Positions 51,911-64,000 of a stretch of DNA of 64,000 nt are shown here, one piece after another. Origin of the DNA: Dipteris shenzhenensis (Eukaryota); assembly GCA_047967505.1 (NCBI GenBank), contig CM106538.1. One strand, 5' to 3'. The notes beneath the pieces were generated by a model that saw nothing but the letters and a program-made list of their open reading frames with translations, was not told the DNA's origin and ran no database searches. Position 1 is the stretch's first letter. Each line of letters opens with the position of its first letter. The translations under genes were made by a program, and so were the position numbers.

Positions 51911-54900
51911 ATAGGGAAGGAATACCCAATGCATGCTTGTTTCTATGATATGAGCAAAGCCTTCAAAAGGTTTCCCAAGGAAGTATACAAATGAATGAAG
52001 CATGGAAAGAAGCATGAATGGATACCAATAATGACAAGTTAAGCTCACAGGCCAAAGTGAATAGCATCATTCATTGCTTGCTATCAAGGATGCAAAGTCT
52101 TAAAAGATGACATGGATATGATGCAGAGAAAATGCATTATAATCCTTGATACAAGCTTTGCCACATATTAAATATCACACAAGTAGAGCAAATCCATCAT
52201 GTGATGATGCAATATCTAGCTCCAATTATTCAAAGTGAGAGGACGTCTTCCAAAGACATGTCACATTATAATAAAATTCCTTGAACATTATGTTTACATC
52301 ACCCAAAATCCTTCAACTCCCAATGGTGTACGTTTACACCACCTTTCATTTGTAAATTTCAAACTCTTAGATTATGTAAAATGGCTTCAATAGTGAAAGT
52401 GACATCCCTTGATCATTGACATTTTATTAAAGTTGTATGCAATTTTGTATTACTATGGTCTCTCTCTAAAAAAATTGTAGCTCCCACAAATTTTTGGGTC
52501 TATTGAGTCATTTTTATGCGGAGGTAACCACCAAATTATGCCCTTGCATTACCAATTTAATGTGGATGTGATCATTTTGGCCAAAGTCCAAAAATAAGAG
52601 AAAATTCGAAAAGTTTTGAATAGTGTGTTTTTATGCGTAGTCAAATAAAATAAATAGATTTCTTAATCTAAAATTTAAAGTTATAATTTGATTAATGGTT
52701 TTTTCCCTCAAAATGGAAACTTGGGGCTAGTTTGACCAATTAAACAAAGTTCTTTAGTACAAAAGAAGAATATTTAGATAGCTTATTTTGAACTCTCATG
52801 AATTACATTTTAAGGGTACATAGAAATTCACCGTGGTTGTCACCATGTAGGCGCTGGTTGTAGATATCCACCTCAGGATGAGAAAAGAATTAGACCCTTG
52901 ACCTCTTAATTAAGAGGTAGACATGAATGTAAACCTTTGAGTCCCCATGAGCCTTATCCTAAATGGAGAAGATTCTAGTGGGCCATGCTTCTCACTCTAA
53001 AAGGAGAGGAATAAAGTGGCTTGATTCTAATCACACATAGCTAAGAAAGAATTAGCCTTAGATGTGTGTCAAACTCTTGATCCTTGCTTGAGAGGATAAG
53101 GATTCAAGTTAGAAGTGGCATTGTGCCACAAGTGAATCTATGCTTGCATGGTGGAGAGTTGTGGTTGCGTGAGAATGAAGCTTGAAATTTCACAATGCAA
53201 AGAGCTTCCATGGTTTATTTGTGGAATATGTTGACTTGAAAAGAAACTCTCTCAAACAACCACAAAAGAAAAGTATGGCTTTTAATGGCCCCCATGTAAG
53301 GAGGAAAGGGGGTGATGAAGTACAGTACATCCAACTTGTAGGAATTTTTGTAAACAAATTAATATCATGTTAACAAAGTATAGTAAATTTGGAAAATTGG
53401 AGACATGCTTGTTTGTGTTTCTTTTTTGAGTAGAGTCTAGTTCACCAGCTTAGCCAACAACAATGCATGTTGTAAATCAACAAGACTAAAAGGTGTATGA
53501 TTGCTTGAGATAACTGACGCACCCAAGAGGCTACCAAGTTGCTTGAGGGGGAAGCCTTTTGATGCGAAAAAAAGGGATGGAGGAGGGAGTTAGGGGTCAA
53601 TTGGGTTGGGTGGCTTTCAGGATGCGTGTTTTTTATACTCAAGCAAGGAGCACACGTATCATGTTTGGATTGGTTTGACAAGTGGTTGCACTAGCTTTGA
53701 GCCGTTTCGTACACCTAGTGGTGCAAAAACAAAGGGAGTGCACGAGAAAGGGAGGAGGGGAGTTATGGGTCGAGAGGAGTAGGTGGCTTTAGAACTCTTC
53801 TTTAAGGGGGGCATGCAATTTATGATTGGTTGGTTCTTGGGGACAAGTTGGTTGTGTGTAGGGAGGGAGGGAAAGGAGAAATTGGTGTGTGAGATAGAAA
53901 AGATTAAAAAAAAAAACCAAGGACTAGATGAGAGGGGGGTGCTTAATACTCTATTAATGAAGGAGTTTAATTAAGGAAGGAGTGCTTAAAACTCTTTGAA
54001 GTAAGATAAAGGAAGGGGTGCTGAAAAGATAATACTCTTGTAATTAAGATTAAGGATGAAGGAGGGGGATTTAGGATATATATGGTTGAGCCAAGCGTGG
54101 AAGGCATGGGCAAAAAGGGGGGGAGCCAGCACGGGAAGGAGGGGAGGGAGCGAATGGGGGGGTGCCACGTGGGGGGAAGGCAGATACGGAGTACGTATAC
54201 GCGATGGGCAAATGGCTGGCTAAGGTCATGTGGGGGATAACATTAAATGCGAGGGGGGGATAATATAAATTGATGAAGGGGATAAGGGAGAGAAGGGAGC
54301 TCATGTGGGCAGCCAAAGAATGCTACATTAAATGCTCAGAGGATGGTTATTAATACTAAGGGACTAGGGAGGTGTAAACTTTTTCTTTGGGCAGAGCTTT
54401 GCCTCTGTCCCTTGTTTCTTCTTCTTCTTCTTCTTCTTCTTCTTGTCCGCCATAGCCAAGAGCTTGCTGTCCTCAGCCATAGCTTGCTGCCCACTTGCCC
54501 TTCTTGCATCGCCATAGCCAAGAGCTTGCTGCCCACTTTCCCATCTTGCTCCCCCTCTCTTGGGTTCCTCCCAGATTTCATCCTCCTTCCCTTTTCCTCC
54601 ATTGGGTCCCTCGCATTTTGGGTTTTTGCCCAATCCCCTGCTCTCTTTGCCCCCTCTTGCTGATTCCCTCTTGTCCCCCCCTCTGATTTGATCTCGGCCC
54701 CTCCTCCTGTTAGATCCCTCGTGCGTGCTGCCAAATTTTCTTGGCCCTTCAACCAATTCCCTGCTGCCAGATTTCTGGACCTCCTCAATTTTCGAGAGTA
54801 TTCTTTTCCCGTCTAGCACGAGCTGAAGGGGACTACCTACACACAATTTGAACTAGTTAGCATCTCTTTTTGCAGTTCATTCTTGAAACCAGCGTAGTAT

Positions 54901-55342
54901 ATCCTTGTTGAAGCGAGTCGGGGAAGTTTTTCATCCCTGCACGCAGAAAGAGGAGTACTTCATTATTGAAGTTCTGTTGAATGCCTTCGTATAATTCACT
55001 AGTTCCTGTGCAACATCACTCGTGCACTTTTGCATTTGCCTCCTTGTACCTGCTGCTTAAGACTTTGGCTCTGTGGGAACGTCAGGAGTGGCTATTTTGC
55101 TCCATTGTCACCTTTCTGAGGATCCTACTGAGGTTGTTCTACATCCGGTAATGTAGTGCATTGCGTACTTTCATCTGCCCGGCAGAATCAGAAAAGTAAG
55201 AAGGATTGTATATGCTCTACGGCAACTCTAGGAGCTTGCAGGAGTCCTTGTAATCAAGGGCCGCGTTTCTGCGAGCATCATTCTTGGGAGAATCTGGAGC
55301 AGTAAAACATCATTTTCCTTTGTCTAATTCAAATTCAGTTAC

Positions 55343-55795
55343 ATGGTGAGCGTTGAAATGCCCTCCGCTACGTTTAGCTTCGGTTCATCTTCTGAAGCAC
55401 CTCTGGAGTCCATATTGAGGCACAAGGATTCCAAGGCCTCTGAAAATGGGGCTCTCGAAGTATCGAAACTCCTTGACAAAAAATCGAGGCCTCTACTGTA
55501 TCTCGATACACTCGTGGACTTGGAAGAGCCGAGCCTTAGCGATCTCGTTGCACCTGGGTTGTCTCCTCGCGTGCGAACGATGGAGACTGTCAGAAGTTCC
55601 GAATGTCTGGAGGGAATGCTGTCTCCGAACATCAGATCGCTGGCAACCACCCCCAGATCAGTTGGTTTTGAACCGCATCCGATGTTCGCTGATGCGTGGG
55701 AGGCTCTAAGGCGGTCATTGGTTTATTTTCGTGGCAAACCCATCGGAACAATCGCTGCATTGGATCCAACCGAGGATTCGCTCAACTACAACCAG
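55343..55795 (+). CDS. CINV: cytosolic alkaline/neutral invertase (GH100), coding exon 1
   Basis: ..GFEPHPMFADAWEALRRSLVYFRGKPIGTIAALD..LNYNQ, ending at the family's conserved splice point with donor GCAAGT. An acceptor-like ttcag lies just 5' of the ATG (55337-55338). No obvious transit peptide. Confidence 0.9.
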
Positions 55796-56305
55796 GCAAG
55801 TATTCTACACCTGCAGAGATCCAACACTCGAAGTGCTGTCGGGTTCAAGGGACAGAGGCACGATGTCTCTTTCCTTCGGAACGAATTGTATATTACTTAT
55901 TTAGAACTTGAAAGCCACTTTAATACTTGCTGTAAGGTCGGAATGCTGTTAGCCATTTCTTTCTTTTTAGTGTCATGTCGTGCCTTCTTTCTTTTGGCTG
56001 CTTGTGACAACTTTATTTGCAGATTGTCTTTGCAGAATCTGTAACTAAGACATGCTAGTTTGCTTAATATCTACCTAGCCATGTTATCCGAACTAAATCC
56101 AGTAGAATTCATTGCGCTCCACAGTCTTGGTTTCCATGTTGGAGAGGCCGTCCTTGTGTGTTTGAGTCTTGGTGTAGCAATACAACGCCAAATTGAGAAC
56201 AAGGTCTTCTAACTGCCTATCTAGATATTTGTGACTAGATCTCTGTCACGTATGCTGGTTGCCCGATTTCTTCGTTAGCCTGATTTTGTCGATTGTTTTT
56301 TGCAG

Positions 56306-56737
56306 GTGTTTGTGAGGGACTTTGTTCCTAGTGCATTGGCATTTCTTATGAATGGAGAGCCTGAGATTGTTAAGAACTTCTTGATGAAAACCCTCCGCCT
56401 GCAGGCCTTAACAAAACGGATTGATAATTTCACCCTTGGGGAAGGTGTTATGCCAGCAAGCTTTAAAGTTCTTCATGATGCAAATCGCAATACTGAAACT
56501 ATGATCGCTGATTTTGGGGAAAGTGCAATTGGTAGAGTTGCTCCAGTTGACTCAGGATTCTGGTGGATCATTCTCCTTCGTGCTTACACCAGGTCCACTG
56601 GAGATCATACCCTAGCAGATATGCCTGAGTTTCAGCGTGGGATGCGTCTGATATTGAGTTTATGTCTTTCAGAGGGTTTTGACACATTCCCAACCCTCCT
56701 GTGTGCAGATGGTTGCTGCATGGTTGACCGCAGGATG
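56306..56737 (+). CDS. CINV: cytosolic alkaline/neutral invertase, coding exon 2
   Basis: [78 protein letters not shown]. Acceptor tttttgcag, donor GCAAGT. Confidence 0.96.
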
Positions 56738-56885
56738 GCAAGTTCCTTGCTTCATCTCAGCTTATTGTTTATTAAGCTACACACGTTTTTCAGAGTCTAA
56801 AAGTGGTCTCTTTGGGTGTTGGTTTCTAAAGTTAGATGGCAATCGGGAGGAAATGATTTGACAAAGCGTAAATGCTGTTGTGCAG

Positions 56886-57444
56886 GGAATCTATGGTTAT
56901 CCAATTGAGATACAGGCGCTCTTTTTTCTTGCACTCAGATGTGCAAGGGTTCTCCTTAAGCCTGAAGGTGGTGGAAAAGAGTTCATAGAGCGGATTGATA
57001 AGCGTTTGCATGCCTTGAGTTATCACATGCGGGAATATTTTTGGCTGGACTTTGAACAACTTAACAATATCTACAGATACAAAACTGAGGAGTACTCTCA
57101 TACGGCTGTTAACAAGTTCAATGTTATTCCTGATTCCATCCCTGATTGGGTTTTTGACTTCATGCCTATGAAGGGTGGTTATTTCATTGGAAATGTCAGC
57201 CCAGCTCGCATGGATTTCAGGTGGTTTTGCCTTGGTAATTGCGTAGCTATACTATCATCTTTGGCAACCCCGGAGCAAGAGGCTGCAATTATGGACCTTA
57301 TTGAAGAACGCTGGGAGGATCTGGTTGGAGAGATGCCACTAAAGGTTGCCTACCCGGCATTGGAAAATCATGACTGGAGAATTGTCACCGGTTGTGATCC
57401 AAAAAACACTAGATGGAGTTATCATAATGGAGGTTCTTGGCCAG
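56886..57444 (+). CDS. CINV: cytosolic alkaline/neutral invertase, coding exon 3 (last exon not in window)
   Basis: [78 protein letters not shown]. Phase-1 GT donor at 57445. Confidence 0.96.
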
Positions 57445-57513
57445 GTAAAGTTGCCCATCCTTTTTTTTAAAGGTCAAGACCAATACGTGCATAAAGCAAT
57501 GCTGCCCTTGCCG

Positions 57514-57561
<48 letters not shown>

Positions 57562-59339
57562 ACATGATATGATACTCTTAACCTCCACTGGATACCCAAT
57601 AGGATCTAGGGGCAGTCACAATATCTACCATAACTATATATATTGCAGCTTTACAAGGAGTGATCGATATCCCTGACAAGGGAATAGATGTATAATAATC
57701 TGTGTCTAGATGGATAAGCCTATATCTGGCGTGGTCCTTATCGTCTACTTCACCTGTTTCACTAATTACGAACTTTGCCTTTGCTTTTCCACTCCACATG
57801 TTCATTTTCACCTCAAGATTGTGTGGGCAAGTTTCTCATTTGACATATGAGGGCCAATTAAATATAGAAATATCCTCTTGAAGGCAGTCTCATCCCTCAT
57901 TCATTAGCATGTGGTTATTTCTCTCTTGTAGAATGTCATACCGACCTGCTTATCACACAACCTAACAATAAGTCTTTGACTGGCAAAATTTACCTACATG
58001 CTTGGCTCAAAGCTTTTAGGTGTTTCTGAAGGCCAATCCTATACTTTGCTAGGAGGATCAATCATCTGCATATAGTAATAGTAGGAGAGTTTACTGAGCA
58101 CGTTGAACTCCTTGACAATTGTTTGATGTCATCCACTCTTCATCAATGGACAGACCAAAGAGTTTTGGGAAGGTACAATGCTTTGTTTCTTACCATTAGC
58201 TCCTGTATCTGTCCTAGACTGAAAGAAGTTAAAAAGAACTCCAGATTTAATAGTCAAATCTACTGAACGACTAATGCAGGATGTTCCTGTTGATGTTCTT
58301 GCTGCTTTTGATGGGAGGATGTATATGGTCTACTGGAGCAAAAAGAGCAATATAAGGATAGCATAATTCGTCATGAGAGCAACCCCAATGGTTGCTGAGA
58401 GTAATATGTGCAGTGCCATGAGAATTCTCAAGGAGTTGTCTTTTTGTTTCCATTCCCTGCACTATGTATGCATCTATAGCATTCGTGTGATCCTTCTGTG
58501 AACATTCATTCCAGAATATGGAGAAACCTGCCTCGTATTAGAGTATAGTGCACACTCCAAAAGGTTATCAGTGTGAACCCTGTTGCACTGAGCAATAGTT
58601 TCTTGCCCTTCTAGAATGGGGCAAAGCTGCCTTGAAGGTAGAATAGCGGAGGAAGGAAGCTGGAAGGACAAAAGGATGGGGAAAGCATGTGTGCCTGTGT
58701 GTTCTACACAGAGAGAGAGAGAGAGAGAGAGGTCTTCTAGAGGTCTCACAGGCCTATGAGACAAGGTACACTTAAAAATAGTTTCTCATACAAAGACGCC
58801 TTGGGCTGATGCAACGGCTTGCTAGGGCCCTTGCTGAGTGCTATACTAAAAATCCAAAATCCAAAACTAAAAAATCCTTAGAGAAGCAAAAGATGTACAA
58901 CTATGATTGTGGTGCCTCGAAAGATATCTAGTGTTTACCTCTGTTGGGCCGTCTCTTGCTGTGGTGGGGGGCATGGCCTCCATGATCTCTATCCGGTGTT
59001 CATATCAAGATTGATACCTCAACTCTGATGGTCCCCTCTTAGTAAAGCCGGGATAGACTGGACCTCCATTGCGCATGCTCTGGTTTGTCTCTGCACCGTG
59101 CATGGTCTCTGTGGCTTTGGTTCCATTGCTTTCTTGTCTACTCTTCAGCTAATCCACTCTGTTCTCGTCTTTGCTAGCTCCTCCTCCTCTCCACTGTGAG
59201 CTAGTGCCAACTGAAACATTTAGAAATCTGCAACATGCCGTTGTGTTCAGTCTAGCTCTGTCTCGCATGTCACTGTCGCCTCTTGCTGTCTGTCTCGATA
59301 TCTTCTCTCTATGTGGTCGCATCTTGCTCAAGTAGAGAC

Positions 59340-60345
59340 TGATGCAAACCTAATCATGAAAATGGGTTAGCCGAGAAAGCGGTTCAAACCTGTGTCCCAC
59401 TTGGTGATCTCGTCCACAGATCCCATAGTAGACTAGGCTTGTACATAGAAAGCGCTCCTCTGAGTGTGCATAGCCTGCAGGTCTGCTGCGCTCTAGTTGT
59501 GCCTGGAGATCCTTTTCTCAATCCCCAACTCGTGTTGACAAGACCTGCAACTGTCCAATGGCAATACCCATCTAGTGGGACAAGACATGCAACTGTCCCA
59601 TAGCAATCCTCAATTCATTTGAGGCTCGTTTGTCCTCCAAGGGCTGGTGTCTGAGAACCACTCCATCCTCGGATACTCTCAGGAATTGATCGTGATAGAA
59701 TTGGAGCTCGGTGGGGAACTCTTGGTTCCCCCCCAAGTCTGCGATCTATGGAGCTGGAGGAGGTCCAACTACATGATATGGTGGATCTCATCCCATGGAA
59801 TCTGAGATGGCAGGGCATCAAAACTGTAATGGAAAGGTGAGAGTCGATTCATCTGAATACCTTGACTGGCAAACCATCCAGGCATACCAGGCCGTGCTAA
59901 TCCTTCTGTTCGCTAGTCACCTGAGTGACTCTAATGCCAACCTTGGTAGTCTCCGATTGGGAAAGGCCCAAAACCGATGAAGTGGTGTCATGGAAATCTC
60001 TGCCTGTAATATCTGATAAGAGACTGAGGCATTACTCCGAGACCCATAATCACGTGTAGCCTGTCAAATCTCCACACTCAGCTGGCGAGATATCACGTCC
60101 CCAAAAGGGTGCTGCATGTATGGTTGGTGGCCACACCAGGGTCTCAAATAACCATCCCTTCGTCGAGGGATATTATAAATGTGCTTGAAAGCACTGCCGC
60201 TCTAGTCGAGCTAGAGCTCCGTGACCTCTCGTAAGCCATGCCCTGGCTGCATGAATCACTGTGAACACTGATCCTATGAAAATTGCCCCTAAGTAAGTGT
60301 AGGACTGCACAATCTCTGCAGGCTGCCCCTAATAAGTGAAACTAT
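59340..60345 (-). mobile_element. 5'-truncated non-LTR retrotransposon (LINE) fragment in invertase intron 3
   Basis: FTY*GQPAEIVQSYTYLGAIF..KGWLFETLVWPPTIHAAPFWG (RT C-terminal region), then degraded IAIGQL..EE.FLC..VYY near 59420-59570. Confidence 0.75.
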
Positions 60346-60879
60346 GCCATGTAATATGTAATACCGCAGTGAGGTGTTGAAGCAGCGGATGCAGGCTGCT
60401 GCAGTAAGTCATATGAGCTGAATATACAATGATGGATAACTATGTCCTGGTGTGAGAAATGTTTGCCATATGTTTATCTTGTTTGACAAGAACTTGATAC
60501 ATGCTAAATGATTCTCTCAATTCTGTTTTGTTGTTATTTTGTCTCCTCTGTAGGAAGAGTATTTGTGGATACTGAAGGAGGTTTTTAGACTTGATTGCGT
60601 AAGGACTATGCAAGGTTGGGATTTTGTGCTTCAGTTTTCAGGCTGATTGGGCTGTGTTTACACAGATCTACATCGTCTCTTCTATCTGTCTATCACGTGT
60701 GAACTATTCTCGGTGAAGGCTTGGTTACATGCATGGTGAATCCGCTCACACTAAAATCAATACTGCAGTACAGGATATTGCAAATATGTATGCCGTTAAC
60801 ATCACCACAAGTACAATATCTGGAAACCAGACTCTCCTCGGGTAGCCTTCCTTGCATAACTCCTAAGACAGAGGTGAAG

Positions 60880-63056
60880 AAGAATGTGCTAGAATGACAA
60901 TGCCTGAACACTCTTTCTCCCTTCAAGCGATGAAGAGGGAGGAGTCACTTGTGAATGTGATGGACAGTGAGAGTGCAACTCTCACATATATAGCCCATGC
61001 AATGGTCAGGGCTAGGCTGAGCAGCCCTAGGGCAAAACCGACAGCAGCTGACCTAAGCTGACCTGCTGCCAACCTGCCATGTAATCAGTCCTGTCCCATC
61101 ATTTGCAGACTGCCACATCAACTGATGACTTGTCCATGTGGCCCGGGTGCCACATCAACATGTCTATACTGCCGTGTCAGTGTCTGTACAGATCCATACT
61201 GATTCTGTGTAGATTTACATGGGCTATGAGCCATTTCAGTGTGTGTGCATTATGCTCTCGGGGCTTGTTTTGGCCCATAGATTGCCTTTTCAAGTGAACT
61301 TCTTTCTCAAGGTCTACATTTACAAAAGCTGACCTCACTTCCATTCAAAGCACTGGCCATCTATGATGTGCAACAATCCTTATTGTAGTGCCCCATCTTG
61401 TTGCATTAGATGCACTTGACCTTCTTCTTCTTCTTCTTCTTCTTAGAAGCTGAAAATGCATGCTCTTGCCCTCAAGGATCTTGGTCCCGAGCTCCTCAAA
61501 TGTAATTGTCCAGATCCTTTGATGCCGGGACGAAGCCTTGGTAGCTCCGAAGTAGCCTGCTCGGTACACACTTGCCAGGTTCTCACCTACTGAGGTGAAC
61601 TGGTCCTGAACCACCTTGATTTTGTTGAGGAACTCCTTGACCTCTTCATCCAGCTTCTGCATATAGAGTTAGTTCTGGAGGTTCAAGACCCTCGTCAAGT
61701 ATGAGTCTCTTAGTGATTCTTCACCATATTCCATGCAGCATGGACACTCGTTTCTAGATGGATCAGTGGAATGACATTGTCCTTTGTGGTCTATGTGAGC
61801 AATGTGAAGGCGTCTGTATCTTGCTCTTCCCATGCTTGCAACAGCACTAGACCTGGAGGTATTGCTGTAGAGCCTATCCTCATTGCCTAGAGTTTAGGAA
61901 AGGAACTGTCTATCACCTTCCACAGTCTATCACTTTCCACAGTCTCCGTTAAGTGAGGAGACTCTTGACATTGATCTTCCACAGAGGGTAGTTAGGTCCA
62001 TCAAGCTTTCCCTCCCCAAAGTTAGGGATAGGAAGCTCATTGGTTGAGGCCTTAAAAGAAACAGCAAACTGAGATACCTTCTTTAAATTTCCAACTGGAT
62101 GTAGGGCTTGCTGCCCTTTTTGCTGCAGGCCCTTCTCCTGGACTGCTGACGTGTGTCTTGCCATGTGTGTTGCAGCACTATACCAGGTAGGCCTTCTTGA
62201 ACTCTAGATCCTGCTTTCAACCAAGCTGATTTAGATCAGCTTCCTTCAGGAGTGCACTGTGGGTGGACTGATCGGTTGTCTTCAACAACACTCAGTTGGC
62301 TCTAATACCATATGAGAGAGTTGATTATGCATGTAATGTTCATACATTAGGGAGAGATAAAAGAGACAACGTAGGTTTTGTATAACACAATCCTATCAGC
62401 TAGATTGTCTAAGCTTTTTTTGCTCAGAAATGCTTGTTTGGGAGAGACTAAAATGGAATTGTATAGTCTTCACAAGCAGTTGTAGCTTGAATGAAGACAA
62501 CTTTTTGATTAGCCCTTTCCTTTAGTACTAGCCTTTGTCATGGTTGAGTTTGCCCTTCACATCTGGAGTGTGGATATGTATGTCTAAGAGCACATGTTTA
62601 TAGTATCGTCTACTCCCACTGTTGGGCATTGATGATGTTGATGGGGATGTCATAGTAGCAAGTCGTTGCTATACATGATGGAGATTATGGGTTTCAACCT
62701 TGTGAATGCTTATCATGAGATTGAAACTGCACTATGTGTTGTGTTATCAGAGGATGGATTTGGGCATGGTCCTGGATTCATTTAGATAAAAATAATGTGC
62801 TAGAATGCACAATGCCTGAATGCCCTTGCTCTCTTCAGATGATGAAGACGGACAACTCACTTGTGAATGTGATGGAGAGTGACAATGAAGCTCACTTATA
62901 TAGCTCATGTGACGGCCAGGGCTAGGCCAACCAGCCCTAGGGGGAAAAGGACCAGCAGCTAACCTGTTCTGCCGATCTGTAGGCAACCTGGAGGTAGATG
63001 TGCCACGTGGCAATTTAGCCACGTCATCAGCTGACTGCCACATCAGCAGCTAGACA
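60880..63056 (-). mobile_element. internally deleted (gag-only) Ty1/copia element with diverged LTR-like repeats, in invertase intron 3
   Basis: PBS tggtattagagc (reverse complement of 62299-62310). Gag KLDGPNYPLWKINVKSLL, EFLNKIKVVQDQFTSVGE and knuckle CNKMGHYNKDC. Related blocks at 60883-61160 and 62794-63056. Confidence 0.8.
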
Positions 63057-63585
63057 TCCACATTGAAGTTTTGCAGGGATTGGCAAGGGATTTAAATCTC
63101 TTAATTTAATTCAATCATTTAAATTGATTTAAGCGTTTTTTGGTTACAAAATCTTTAAAAAGTGTCCAATTAACGATTTTATCCCTCAGTGATTGCTTGC
63201 TCAAGCACAATGGCATAGCTCTAGGTTGAGCTTGCAGACGCACATGCTTCTACAGTTGGTATAAGGGAGTTAAAAAAAGCATGCCTTTGTTATGGTTCAT
63301 TCACTCGATTCCCAAGAAAATGTCTGAAAATCTAATTTTGAAATTGATCAAAACATTGTTTATCGATTAGACGCTCTGTTGAGTAGGATTTGTCACTACA
63401 AAGATAATTGTTTCTGTAATCTTGAACATGAACAGATATTTGGTAACTATATTTGTACTAGAGAGACCTTAAAGGATGCTTGATTGTAAGTCCCTGAACT
63501 TCCCAAGAGAGGCACAAGTGTCTCCCAAAATGTCACAGCTGCAGGACTAATAGAACAGGAGTTGATGGAGGTGTTAGCATCTGGT

Positions 63586-63792
63586 GAATTTTAGAGAAAA
63601 ATGGAAGGAGTTTGTGTCCCAATGGAAAATGCTGGTACATATGCTGACTGTATTCATGACATTTCAACACTTTTTTGCATTGGAGTTTGGGGGAGAATTT
63701 TAGAGAAAAATGGAAGGAGTTTGTGTCCCAATGGAAAATGCTGGTACATTTGCTGACTGTATTCATGACATCTCAACATTTTATTGCATTGG
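63586..63792. repeat. 109-bp tandem duplication
   Basis: gaattttagagaaaaatggaaggagtttgtgtcccaatgg.. at 63586 and 63695. Confidence 0.92.
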
Positions 63793-64000
63793 TGTCCGGG
63801 GGACTTTTTTTTCTTAAGAAGAGCAGTACAAAAGTCCGGATCTTGAAATGTCTAGATGGCTTGTAACTTACCTCCTCAATAGGGAGAAGATTTGTCTAGA
63901 AGAACTGATCATTTGCTTGGCTAAACCTTCAGCATCTAACTGTGGTTATCCCCTGTGCTGAGCCAAGAAATGTTATGAATGGAGAGTACACATCTCTTGC

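Noticed and set aside
54336-54846. 150-160 aa minus-strand ORFs
   Set aside because: Antisense reading of the pyrimidine-rich, (CTT)n-containing probable 5' leader of the invertase.
55796-56044. C-terminal extension of the 233-aa ORF
   Set aside because: Read-through into GC-AG intron 1. Homology stops at LNYNQ and resumes at 56306.

Overview
Eukaryotic, land-plant nuclear DNA; the transposon types and large intron suggest a large-genome seed-free plant such as a fern (inference). Most of the window is degraded, nested transposable elements: two Ty3/gypsy pol remnants, a gypsy gag remnant, two Ty1/copia elements, a LINE fragment, hAT- and mariner-type MITEs, foldback elements, microsatellites and tandem duplications. 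Two host loci are well supported. One is a MIR160 hairpin with an exact mature miR160 at 20660-20680, at the end of a CpG-rich island. The other is the first three coding exons of a cytosolic alkaline/neutral invertase (GH100, 55343-57444), whose first two introns both use GC donors; its last exon lies beyond the window. The most unusual item is a decayed, intron-containing DDE transposase at about 45513-49760 (- strand). Its motifs line up with RAG1/Transib/Chapaev rather than plant CACTA. It sits inside a ~16 kb span bounded by ~50-bp inverted repeats (34604-34654 and 50571-50621) that splits a tandem array in register and carries other spliced genes, one of them convergent. All calls were made by eye, without database searches.
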